The notes under the pieces: model-generated
What the model was told of the DNA's origin: nothing
Seen by the model: the letters and a program-made list of their open reading frames with translations, nothing else
The model's database searches: none
Translations under genes and position numbers: made by a program
NCBI GenBank assembly: GCA_964642735.1
Contig: CAZXSV010000011.1
Span: 21,589 to 85,588 of the forward strand
Source of the DNA: an uncultured Acidobacteriota bacterium
Lineage (GTDB): Bacteria; Acidobacteriota; UBA6911
Direction of reading: 5' to 3'
DNA length: 64,000 bases
In this document: in pieces, positions 28,065 through 36,467 of the stretch
Position numbering within the stretch: position 1 is the stretch's first letter
How the letters are laid out: every line of letters begins with the position of its first letter

Positions 28065-29753
28065 GTGAAAGCAATCATCATTGGAGGAGTGGCCGCGGGC
28101 CCCAAAGCCGCAGCTAGAATCATTCGCATGAAGCCCGATGCGGATGTAACGATCGTGGAAAAGGGTTTGTTCCTTTCGTACGCGGGATGCGGCCTTCCCT
28201 ATTATGTTTCCGGCGAAATTAAGGAGCAGAATGAACTGATGGAAACCGCTGCGGGCGTCGTCCGGGACGCTGCGTTTTTTCTGAGCGTCAAAAATCTGAA
28301 AGTCCAAAACAGAACAGAAGCCATCGAAATAGACCGCGGCGGCAAACGCGTCCATATTAAAGCTTTGTCAACAGGCAAAGAATCCTGGCTTCATTATGAC
28401 AAGCTCCTGCTGGCCACCGGCGCTTCCCCGGTGGTTCCTTCTATTCCCGGCGTGGAAAAAAAGAACGTTTTCACTCTTCACGGCATCCACGACGCCGAAG
28501 GAATCAAAAAAGCGCTGGCCGAACGAAAAGCCAAGGACGTCGTCATCATAGGCGGCGGCCTTATCGGAGTGGAAGCGACCGAAGCATTGGCCACTCATGG
28601 CTGCCGTGTAACGATTGTGGAAATGCTGCCGCAGGTTCTCAGCATGCTGGATTGGGAGATGGCCCGCCTGATCGAAAATTACTTGGAGTCCAACGGCGTC
28701 CGGGTGATGACCCAAACTAAAGCCCTTGCACTGGAAAGCCGGACTGGATCGGAGGACATCGTCCATTTTGTGCGAACCGACAAAGGAGATCTTCCCGCCG
28801 ACATGGTCATCCTGGCTATTGGCGTGCGACCGAACATTTCATTGGCGCAAAAAGCCGGACTGGCCATCGGCGAAAAAACCGGCGCGATCCGCGTCGACAG
28901 CCATATGCGCACCTCGGACCCGGACATTTACGCCGCGGGCGATTGCGTGGAATGCCTGGACATCCTGACCGGGGGCCCCTGCTATGTCCCGCTCGGCTCC
29001 ACGGCCAATAAGCAAGGCCGCGTGGCGGCAGTGAATATGTGCGGCGGCAATGAAGTATTTCCGGGCATTTTGGGCAGTTCGATCTGCAAAATATTCGATT
29101 ACTGCGCAGGCCGCACGGGCCTGACGGAGCGCGCAGCGAGCTCTTTGGGATATGACGTCCTCACCGCAATGGTCCCCGGAGCGGACAGGGCGCACTACAT
29201 GCCCAAATCCCAAACCCTGTTGATGAAGGTCGTTGCCGACAGGAAAAGCGGCAGGCTGCTGGGCGTTCAGGCGACTGGGCCCGGCGAAGGCGCCAAAAGA
29301 ATCGATGTCGCAGCTACAGCGATCACGGCGGGCATGACGCTGGATCAAATCGCCCATCTCGATCTTTCCTATGCTCCGCCTTACGCGTCCGCCATGGACA
29401 ACCTGATAACGGCGGCGAACGTGGCTCGAAACAAGCGGGATGGACTTATGAACGGCATCACGGCAGAATTCGTATGGCGCAAGATACAAAACGGGGAGGA
29501 TTTCGTCTTTCTCGATGTCCGGTCTCCCCAGGAGCACGCGCAGGTTCATCTGCCCAAGTCGATCCTGATCCCGTTGGGCGCATTGCGCAAGCGCCTCGCG
29601 GAACTGCCGAAAGACAAAGAAATCATCGCCTACTGCGCAATTTCGCTTCGCGGATATGAAGCGTCTCTGATTTTAAGAGCGGCCGGTTTCACGGATGTAA
29701 AAGTCCTGGACGGCGGCATAGCCATGTGGCCCTACGAGAAGGAAGAGCCGTAG
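28065..29753 (+). CDS. CoA-disulfide/persulfide reductase-like FAD oxidoreductase with a C-terminal rhodanese domain
   Basis: IIGGVAAGPKAA, the redox Cys in SYAGCGLPYY, and a second dinucleotide fold VVIIGGGLIGVE. The C-terminal rhodanese domain has IIAYCAISLRG. GTG start after AAAGGAG. Confidence 0.85.
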   Translation: MKAIIIGGVAAGPKAAARIIRMKPDADVTIVEKGLFLSYAGCGLPYYVSGEIKEQNELMETAAGVVRDAAFFLSVKNLKVQNRTEAIEIDRGGKRVHIKALSTGKESWLHYDKLLLATGASPVVPSIPGVEKKNVFTLHGIHDAEGIKKALAERKAKDVVIIGGGLIGVEATEALATHGCRVTIVEMLPQVLSMLDWEMARLIENYLESNGVRVMTQTKALALESRTGSEDIVHFVRTDKGDLPADMVILAIGVRPNISLAQKAGLAIGEKTGAIRVDSHMRTSDPDIYAAGDCVECLDILTGGPCYVPLGSTANKQGRVAAVNMCGGNEVFPGILGSSICKIFDYCAGRTGLTERAASSLGYDVLTAMVPGADRAHYMPKSQTLLMKVVADRKSGRLLGVQATGPGEGAKRIDVAATAITAGMTLDQIAHLDLSYAPPYASAMDNLITAANVARNKRDGLMNGITAEFVWRKIQNGEDFVFLDVRSPQEHAQVHLPKSILIPLGALRKRLAELPKDKEIIAYCAISLRGYEASLILRAAGFTDVKVLDGGIAMWPYEKEEP

Positions 29754-29785
29754 CCGAAGATTGAAACGGAAAACGGAAGGAATTT

Positions 29786-29826
29786 TTAAGCGGCGCAGGG
29801 GCCGCATCGGCGCCTGCGCCGCTTAA
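29786..29826. other. Perfect 14-bp inverted repeat (hairpin) downstream of the reductase gene
   Basis: TTAAGCGGCGCAGG (29786-29799) pairs with CCTGCGCCGCTTAA (29813-29826). There is no U-run after it on either strand, so it is not a canonical terminator. Confidence 0.4.
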
Positions 29827-29959
29827 ATGGGAAGAAAAGCCTGCCTGGTCAAAAGAATGTCCGGCGTGGCGGAATTTGACTTCCACGGGAGCATCCCCAA
29901 TGGCGCGCGCGGCGTTTTCAAAAAGAGCCTTTGCCGTTCTGTGACTGTTTTCAAACGGA

Positions 29960-31120
29960 TCAGGAGTTCAGGATCTCCTTGGCGGTGATCAATATCTCAA
30001 TTTTCGCCTTTTCCCGAATCCGCTCGATCAGTTTGTTCAATTGTTCCTGGTATTTCTGATTCTTCAAAAAATCGGTCAGCTGCTGCTTGACATCCTCGAG
30101 CGAATATGTTCCCTGACTTTTTCTGTCGACGACTTTCATAATGTGGTAGCCGATTGGGGTCCTGACGATCCGTATTTCCCCCACCGGCAGCGAGAACGCC
30201 GCATCCGCATATTCCGGCGGCAAAGATTCCCTGGCAGTAAATCCGACATCGCCGCCGCGTGAAGCCGAGGAATCCGCCGAATTTTCCCTGGCCAGTTTTG
30301 CGAAATCCTCGCCCTTTTTGATACGCGCATAGATGCCTTCCGCCTGCTTTTTCGCCGCCGCATCCTGTTCCAGGCTGTCTCCTGCGGGACGAATCAGAAT
30401 ATGGCTCGTCCGGACGATGTCCGGATGGCGAAATTCGTCGGAGTTTCCCGAGTAGTATTTGGCAAGCTCCTCCTCGGAAACCGGAAAGTCCTTGCCAATC
30501 TCGCGCTCGACATATTTGGATGTTGTCAGGTTTTCAGACACGCTCTTTTTGAGAGATGACAAGTCCATGTTTTGACGCGCGAGAGACTCCATCATTTCCG
30601 CTTCGCTCTTGTATGATTTTTTTATTTGATCGAGCTCAGCCTGAACTTCAGCGTCCGTGGCCTTCGTTCCCGCGGCGGCGGCTTGCTGGTATAGAAGCTT
30701 CGAATTGATCAGCAGGTTCATCCTTCCCAGCGTCAATTCGCTTCGATATTCGCCGCGCAGTTTATTCCACTCCGGATTGCCGATAACGTTGAGTTCAGCC
30801 CGAACCAGTTCTTCGAGATCCGAACCGAGGATCTCATCCCCGTTCACTTTGGCGACGACGGCAGGAAACATGCCTTTGGCCGCGGCCGGCGCAGTCTGTT
30901 TGCTCCTTTCAGGTTTAGCCTGAGAATTGGCAGGAGCGGCCGAAGGCGCCGCGCTCGCCTTCGGCGGAGTTTTCCGCGCCTTTGCATCCGATTGAGCAAA
31001 GGATAAACATGAAAAAAGCAAAAGAAAACCGGGAACGGCAAATTTTGCATTGAACTTCACGGCTATTTGTTTCTCCTTTTCAAAATAATCGTCCATCCCG
31101 AGACAGAGCAAAAGTCGCAT
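29960..31120 (-). CDS. Periplasmic parvulin-type peptidyl-prolyl isomerase (SurA/PrsA-like)
   Basis: Hydrophobic signal or anchor, an Ala/Pro-rich spacer, and a parvulin core HILIRPAG...GGDVGF...PIGYHIMKV. The exact start is uncertain. Confidence 0.8.
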   Translation of the reverse strand: MRLLLCLGMDDYFEKEKQIAVKFNAKFAVPGFLLLFSCLSFAQSDAKARKTPPKASAAPSAAPANSQAKPERSKQTAPAAAKGMFPAVVAKVNGDEILGSDLEELVRAELNVIGNPEWNKLRGEYRSELTLGRMNLLINSKLLYQQAAAAGTKATDAEVQAELDQIKKSYKSEAEMMESLARQNMDLSSLKKSVSENLTTSKYVEREIGKDFPVSEEELAKYYSGNSDEFRHPDIVRTSHILIRPAGDSLEQDAAAKKQAEGIYARIKKGEDFAKLARENSADSSASRGGDVGFTARESLPPEYADAAFSLPVGEIRIVRTPIGYHIMKVVDRKSQGTYSLEDVKQQLTDFLKNQKYQEQLNKLIERIREKAKIEILITAKEILNS

Positions 31121-31164
31121 CTTCGATCAACGGGCCGTTCGGCCTGCTCCGTCGTTCACAAGCG

Positions 31165-31926
31165 TCAGTGAGGATTTTTGTGGCACGTATCGCACGTCAT
31201 GCCGCTGGCGACATTCGCCTTGACTTTGCCCGGGCCATGGCAGGACATGCACCCTTGGGAAAAAGCGTTCAATTTTTCCTTGTAGACGGCCTTGCCGGCG
31301 GCGTACTCGTTGAGCATCTCGACCGCCCGCAGCGTCACATCCGCAACAAGGCGGTTGCACCTTTCAAAATGCTCCGGAGTCATCAGCTTATGCCCTGAGG
31401 CGTTGGCCCAGGAAGTTGAAGAAATGTGACAAAGATTCGAATGGGATACGGACGTAACGACCGGAATGTCCAGTTTGGGCTTCCTCGGCTTGTAGGAAGG
31501 CAACTCGGCGTTTTCATACCAAAGAGAGACCTCCTGGCAGAGGGCGAACAGATCCTCCTGGCTCTTGACGAAAAGGTTGAACAGAAGGCCGCAGGCATTG
31601 ATCGCGCCGCAAAGCGAACCGACGCCGCCCAAGCCGCCGCTGCCGTAAATAGTGGCTTCAATCGGGAAAGCGTTGTAAGGAGCGCCGTACTTGTCCGCCA
31701 AAGTCCCGAGGACCGCCTCTACCGTGCCGTACATGCAGCCGATTTTGGCCCAGGCGGATTGATAGGCGCGTTCCTGAAGATCCGGCGACTTGATATCTTT
31801 CCAAGGCCAAGGCAGCGCCGCTGACGATTTTTTGCCTGTTTGAGCAGCGCCAAACATAGAACCGCCAACCGCGAGACTGCCGACGCCGATGCTCAGAACA
31901 GATCGTCGTGTGAGTTTCAATCCCAT
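31165..31926 (-). CDS. Tat-exported C_GCAxxG_C_C-family protein with two C-terminal CxxCH haem motifs (split-Soret cytochrome c-like)
   Basis: LTRRSVLSIG twin-Arg signal, GSLCGAINACG family motif, and CMSCH plus CDTCH near the C-terminus. Confidence 0.7.
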   Translation of the reverse strand: MGLKLTRRSVLSIGVGSLAVGGSMFGAAQTGKKSSAALPWPWKDIKSPDLQERAYQSAWAKIGCMYGTVEAVLGTLADKYGAPYNAFPIEATIYGSGGLGGVGSLCGAINACGLLFNLFVKSQEDLFALCQEVSLWYENAELPSYKPRKPKLDIPVVTSVSHSNLCHISSTSWANASGHKLMTPEHFERCNRLVADVTLRAVEMLNEYAAGKAVYKEKLNAFSQGCMSCHGPGKVKANVASGMTCDTCHKNPH

Positions 31927-32111
31927 AGCTGTTCACCTCTCGCAGAAACGATGAGCATCATATAACCAGATTATGCACGCAAACCGCAAGCCAATCAATC
32001 TATGGAATAATCTTTGCGTCCATCGTTGATTTAAGATAAAAACTCTGGGAAATTATTGCATTGCGAAATGCCAAAGTTACGGAGACGACAACAGAAAGCC
32101 GCGGCGACCTT

Positions 32112-33503
32112 ATGACGAAACTTCAAAGAAAAACTCACAAAAATGGCGCGTATTATCCAATCATCTTCATGCTGCTGGCTTTTTCGGTCGGCCAGTTTTG
32201 GGCTGCAGAAAAAAATACGCCTGTCGTACGGGCGATTCTTTTCACTTCGCCGACCTGTCCGCACTGCGCCATGGTCAAAGAGGAAGTCCTGCCACCGCTT
32301 GCCGAACGCTATGGTCCGCAGTTGCAGGTCGTCGTAGTCAGTATTGCCACGACATCCGGCTATGAGCTTTTTCTGTCCGCTTGTATGAAGCATGCCCTCC
32401 TGCGACTTTCGGTGCCGTTGCTCATTGTGGGCAACACTCCCATGGTAGGCTCGGATGAAATACCCCAGAAATTTCCGGGCCTTATCGAGAAGTACATCGC
32501 CGAAGGAGGCATCGGGTGGCCCAACATCTCCGGACTGAACGCAATGCTTGCAGAAAGCCCGGCTTTCTCCCCCGAAGCGGCGCCCAGAGGCGAACAAGCC
32601 ACAGCCGTATCCGCTCCGGCGACTCAAGGGCATATTGCTTTGGATTTCGAACCTCCCGCCGACACTTCCGTCGCCAAGGCGGCGGCGCATGCAGAAAAAA
32701 CCTCGACCGCTGAGGCATCGCAATCTTCGCATGCCGCAAATCCAAAGGAGGCGGAGCGCGCGGCTTCCGCTCCGCCTCCGATTAAACCCGCAGAATCGGA
32801 CATCTCCCGAATCGACGAAACGGCGTCTGCCGGCTCTGCAATTCCGGCGCCCGAAGTTAAAGAGGGGCCTTCGGGAATAATTGATTTGACCGCCGATACG
32901 GCGGAGGCCGGCGTTTGGGATCGCATAAAGCGCGATAAATACGGCAACGGCCTCGCAATCCTGGTGTTGGCCGGGATGATCCTGACGCTTCTGGCTTCAA
33001 TGAAAGTGCTCAGGAAATCCTCATTCCAACCGGCGGAAACGAAAAATCCGCGTTTCGACTGGTTGATTCCGCTGCTGACTATCGCCGGCATGGGAGTGGC
33101 GGCTTATCTTTCGCATGTGGAACTGAGGCAGGTGGAAGCGGTCTGCGGGCCTGTAGGCGACTGCAATACCGTGAATCAAAGCGAATATGCGAAGCTTTTC
33201 GGCGTCCTGCCGATCGGAGTTCTTGGATTGTTTGGCTTCCTTGTCATCCTCGCCGTCTGGGCGCTTCGTCGATGGGGGCCGGAACGTCTTTCCCGATGGG
33301 CAGCCGCGGGAATTTTGGCAATGACAGGATTCGGCGTGCTCTTTTCGGTGTATCTGACTTTTCTCGAACCTTTTGTGATCGGGGCGACGTGCCTCTGGTG
33401 CCTCAGTTCGGCCGCAATTATGACAGCGCTCTACGCTCTCTCTCTCAAACCGGGGCGCCAGGCGTTTTCAGCGCTTTTCCGGACCCGCCGCCCTTCCGGC
33501 TGA
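32112..33503 (+). CDS. Thioredoxin-fold (CPHC) domain - low-complexity linker - VKOR membrane domain fusion
   Basis: FTSPTCPHCAMV, a roughly 150-aa Ala/Pro/Glu/Ser-rich linker, and a VKOR loop CGPVGDC with the TM motif GATCLWC. I prefer the ATG at 32112. Confidence 0.8.
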   Translation: MTKLQRKTHKNGAYYPIIFMLLAFSVGQFWAAEKNTPVVRAILFTSPTCPHCAMVKEEVLPPLAERYGPQLQVVVVSIATTSGYELFLSACMKHALLRLSVPLLIVGNTPMVGSDEIPQKFPGLIEKYIAEGGIGWPNISGLNAMLAESPAFSPEAAPRGEQATAVSAPATQGHIALDFEPPADTSVAKAAAHAEKTSTAEASQSSHAANPKEAERAASAPPPIKPAESDISRIDETASAGSAIPAPEVKEGPSGIIDLTADTAEAGVWDRIKRDKYGNGLAILVLAGMILTLLASMKVLRKSSFQPAETKNPRFDWLIPLLTIAGMGVAAYLSHVELRQVEAVCGPVGDCNTVNQSEYAKLFGVLPIGVLGLFGFLVILAVWALRRWGPERLSRWAAAGILAMTGFGVLFSVYLTFLEPFVIGATCLWCLSSAAIMTALYALSLKPGRQAFSALFRTRRPSG

Positions 33504-33806
33504 TCCCAAAAAACGGTCAAAATCAGGAGGGGTTGCTTCGTCCGACCGATCCTGGTTGTCCGATAAAACCGCCTCTGCCCCATCGCCCGGCCGCTTTGAA
33601 AAAGCTATTCCGGTATAAGGCGTTTTGACCACGCGGCCGCTTTCCCAACGGGAGTCCCGCTGCAGGCTATTATTTTCGTTTTGAAAATGCGCATAAAAGC
33701 AAAGATTCTGATGGCGTCCTCGATAAAGGGAGCATTCCAAACACGGCCCCCCGGTGAACGGACACGCCATTTTAGCCTTTTTCATTTCGCCTTCTTTTCC
33801 TTCCAC
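33468..33806 (-). CDS. Small Cys-rich hypothetical protein
   Basis: The track ORF starts at a GTG. The internal ATG at 33785 follows GGAAGGAAAAGAAGG and gives MKKAKMACPFTGGPCLECSLYRGRHQNLCFYAHF... The 3' end overlaps the convergent VKOR gene by 36 nt. No family recognised. Confidence 0.4.
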   Translation of the reverse strand: MEGKEGEMKKAKMACPFTGGPCLECSLYRGRHQNLCFYAHFQNENNSLQRDSRWESGRVVKTPYTGIAFSKRPGDGAEAVLSDNQDRSDEATPPDFDRFLGSAGRAAGPEKR

Positions 33807-33847
33807 GCCTGGAATTCGGCATGGTCGTCAATCCACGAAAGCATGAA

Positions 33848-33862
33848 GCAATATGCCTTCCA
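33848..33862 (-). promoter_or_regulatory. Sigma-54 promoter candidate for the small Cys-rich ORF
   Basis: The minus strand reads TGGAAGGCATATTGC with exact GG-N10-GC spacing. It is very similar to the 22048 candidate (TGGAAAGATTATTGC). Confidence 0.4.
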
Positions 33863-34021
33863 ATAACTTCAAATATCCTGCAACTGTCGGCGGTCGTGGA
33901 TTGCTTCCCGCAAATGTGGAAACATCAGCGAATTATCATGGGAGGCTGCAGCGGAAAATCCTTTTTATGCCGGCGCTGTCAACCTTTTATGCGCCGTTTT
34001 TCAAAAGTTGAATTCGGAGCG

Positions 34022-34034
34022 TTGCAAAATGCAA
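34022..34034. promoter_or_regulatory. Type-1 palindrome TTGCAAAATGCAA
   Basis: Perfect arms, centred about 167 bp upstream of the GG of the 33848-33862 promoter candidate, in non-coding DNA. Confidence 0.4.
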
Positions 34035-34177
34035 TATTTTCTCGGCCTTCGCCTGCGCCCTTATTGAAAACGGGACAGGCTGCTCTTCGATCCGGAGGCC
34101 TCAGGAACAGAAGAGGCAGCCTTTTCCCGTGGCGTGTCTATGAAAACTTCATACTAATGTTGTTGAGCCAAAAAACT

Positions 34178-34588
34178 TCAGGCGATCTTTTTTCCGGCGT
34201 CGGGGCCCGGCGCTATAGAAAAAATCTCGGTTATTTTGATCACGATCGCGCCCTTGGATTGAAGCGTCAAGCCCAGCTTTTTGCCTTCTTCCTCTGTCCA
34301 GGACTGCGTTTCCTTGAATACGGGACCGGCAGTGACAATTTCTGCGGCGCCTTTGAATTGATATCCCGCAAACCCTTCCCAACAGGAGAAAGCGCATGCC
34401 GGGTTTTCCATGAGGTTGCTGAACGTCTTGGTCATGAAAACCGCCGATGCGAGAATCGTTTCGTCGTCCAGTATTTTCATGAAATTGATGGGAACGACAT
34501 TAGGCGCGCCACTCTTGCTGGCCGTGGCCAACTGCTTGATTCCCACGCGGTTGAACATTTCCTGCATTTCCTTTGTCATTTTTGCCAT
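34178..34588 (-). CDS. Pyridoxamine 5'-phosphate oxidase-like FMN-binding split-barrel protein
   Basis: 136 aa. LATASKSGAPNVVPINFMKILDDETI...AFSCWEGFAGYQFKG matches the PNPOx-like fold pattern. Confidence 0.75.
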   Translation of the reverse strand: MAKMTKEMQEMFNRVGIKQLATASKSGAPNVVPINFMKILDDETILASAVFMTKTFSNLMENPACAFSCWEGFAGYQFKGAAEIVTAGPVFKETQSWTEEEGKKLGLTLQSKGAIVIKITEIFSIAPGPDAGKKIA

Positions 34589-34879
34589 AGGGACGTCTCC
34601 TTTTCTGAACTATACCCGCTTCGCCACCGGTCATTTCCGCAATAGCCATCGACATGCGAAAAAACACCCGGCGTCCGCCCGGGGATTTTACATTTTATTC
34701 CGGCGTTGAGGAACAATCGCCACAATAAATCCCTGCCACAGAAGACGCTGCGGGGAACGCAGAAATAGATTGTTCCCTCGTTCTCTCTGCCGGTTTCTCT
34801 TCGCGCATTCGCCTCTGCACTGTGCAGGATCATATTTTACATGCAAATTCTTTTCCAATACCTTCTGCAAGGCGGCGAA

Positions 34880-35413
34880 GACCGGGGATGAACGCCGTGC
34901 GAGTCTCAACCAACCTCGCCCGGATGGGTCGTTCCAGCCTGGCTTTTTCCGAATCCCGGACGTTTTCATGCCCACCCTTACAATTGTTTTGAGCACGGCA
35001 AATATGTCGGGATCGTCTCTGCGCCTTTGAAAAAAGCCAACTTCCTGCCCGATGGGGCGATCCCCTACCTAGAACCGACGCAGTTGCGCGGATTGCTTTT
35101 ATCTTTTAAAATCGAAGACGTTCCCGAGGTGAGCGGCCGCTATTTTCCGCTTTCCTGCGGCTATGCGGTGGTGGAGGCGATGCAAACCGGCAAGTACTGG
35201 GCTGGCATGCCGGATCCCGGAGAATATCAGATGGCTCTTACGGAAGAAGGAGATAGGATGTTTTGCATTCCGCAGAGCAAGCTTCCCGGCATGATGGCGG
35301 GTTTGAGGCAGGGCGGGATGTTCTCCTATCGAGACAACCCTATGGAGATGATGCCGGATTTCGAACGGCCTCCATTTTATGTAGAATTATTTAAAAGCTG
35401 GGGGCTCGAGTAG
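34880..35413 (+). pseudogene. Decayed DUF169 paralog (copy 3); the 5' boundary is uncertain
   Basis: The 3' half (35027..35413) is closely similar to the C-terminus of copy 1 (QLRGLLLS.K.EDVPEVSG...PDPGEYQ.ALT.EGD.MF...YVELFKSWG.E). In-frame homology continues upstream (HPYNCFEHGKY; GWVVPAW against HWCPAAV; TPCES against TPVAM). It is broken by an in-frame TGA at 34889-34891 where copy 1 has GGA (Gly), by loss of the HWC Cys, and by a deletion of several codons. Confidence 0.6.
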
Positions 35414-35434
35414 CAGCCCCTATAAGGAATTATT

Positions 35435-35493
35435 CTGAAGGCCTGTCCGAGGATCGGGGATCGCCGTCCGACGCCCGCCGGACAGGCCTTCAG
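35435..35493. other. Perfect 15-bp inverted repeat after the DUF169 pseudogene
   Basis: CTGAAGGCCTGTCCG (35435-35449) pairs with CGGACAGGCCTTCAG (35479-35493) across a 29-nt GC-rich loop. No U-run follows. Confidence 0.5.
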
Positions 35494-35517
35494 GAAGTCA
35501 AATCGGGAGGGCATCCA

Positions 35518-36090
35518 TTGATAACGCCAAAATATCGCAACCTGTCTCCGGAGCGATTGCTTGACCTGGCCTCCGAGCTTGCCGCATCTTTTGAAAAATA
35601 TTCGGGCAGCTGCTCCCAGTGCACGGCCGCCGCCTTGCAGGAAATTCTCGGCTTCGAAGAAACCGTCGTCAAGGTCGCAACTTCATCGTGCGGCGGCCAT
35701 GCGGGCCTTTCCCAGGGCGCCTGCGGCGGCATTGTCGGCGGAACCATCGTGCTGGACTATTACCTCGGCCGATCCGTCGACATGTTGTCCGCAACGCGTG
35801 AAATCCCGGGAAGCCAGTCGGAATTGTCCCGTGCGATGGCCGCGGCCCGATCGCTCTGCGATAAATTCATCCGTCGATACGGATCCATTTTATGCCCGAA
35901 TATCCAGACCAATATTTTCGGAAGGTCTTTCAACCTCCAGGATCCTTCCGACTGGGATGCGTTCATCGATGCGGGCGCCCATTCCGATCCGTCGAAGTGC
36001 ATGAGCGTGGTAGGCAATGCGGCTCGCTGGACACTGGAGACTCTTTTCGAAATGAACGCCGTTTCAACCGACGGAAGCCAGGCGCCATGA
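35518..36090 (+). CDS. C_GCAxxG_C_C family protein (cytoplasmic paralog)
   Basis: GSCSQCTAAAL, GACGGIVGG, ILCPN and PSKCMSV conserved-Cys pattern. TTG start after GGGAGGG. Confidence 0.75.
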   Translation: MITPKYRNLSPERLLDLASELAASFEKYSGSCSQCTAAALQEILGFEETVVKVATSSCGGHAGLSQGACGGIVGGTIVLDYYLGRSVDMLSATREIPGSQSELSRAMAAARSLCDKFIRRYGSILCPNIQTNIFGRSFNLQDPSDWDAFIDAGAHSDPSKCMSVVGNAARWTLETLFEMNAVSTDGSQAP

Positions 36091-36467
36091 TTTCCCAAGC
36101 GGGGAATGCGGGCGGCCGCTGTTTTCAACCCAAGCAATCCTTGGTGAAAGTGCAATCTGCCGCGCGCAGCTGTATTTGCGTCCTCTGTCCATAAACAAAA
36201 GCTGTTCCCCGCCGTCCATCCCAAGCTGGCCGCTCCTGCCGCAAAACGGCCGTTTCAAAGGCCGCGGATTCCGAAAACAGCGGCCGGCGCCGCAAGCTTC
36301 AGCACATAGAAAAACCGGGGAAAAGCGTCTTGTTTCTGTGACAGATTCTTCAACATAAACAGTTCCTCGGCCCAGCGCATTGACCCGAGCCGCCGATTCG
36401 ATTTGCATTGGATGAATAAAGTCTTCCGTATCGACTGTAAAGCGCCATCGTTTCAGTCGATTTGTAT

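Noticed and set aside
32057-32072. The minus strand reads TGGCATTTCGCAATGC upstream of the split-Soret-like gene
   Set aside because: The GG-to-GC spacing is one base too long for a sigma-54 promoter, which tolerates spacing changes poorly. I saw no adjacent palindrome either.
33821-34645. 274-aa plus-strand ORF
   Set aside because: Its 3' half is antisense to the PNPOx-like gene, and its 5' half covers the promoter and UAS region of the small Cys-rich ORF. The composition does not look like a protein.
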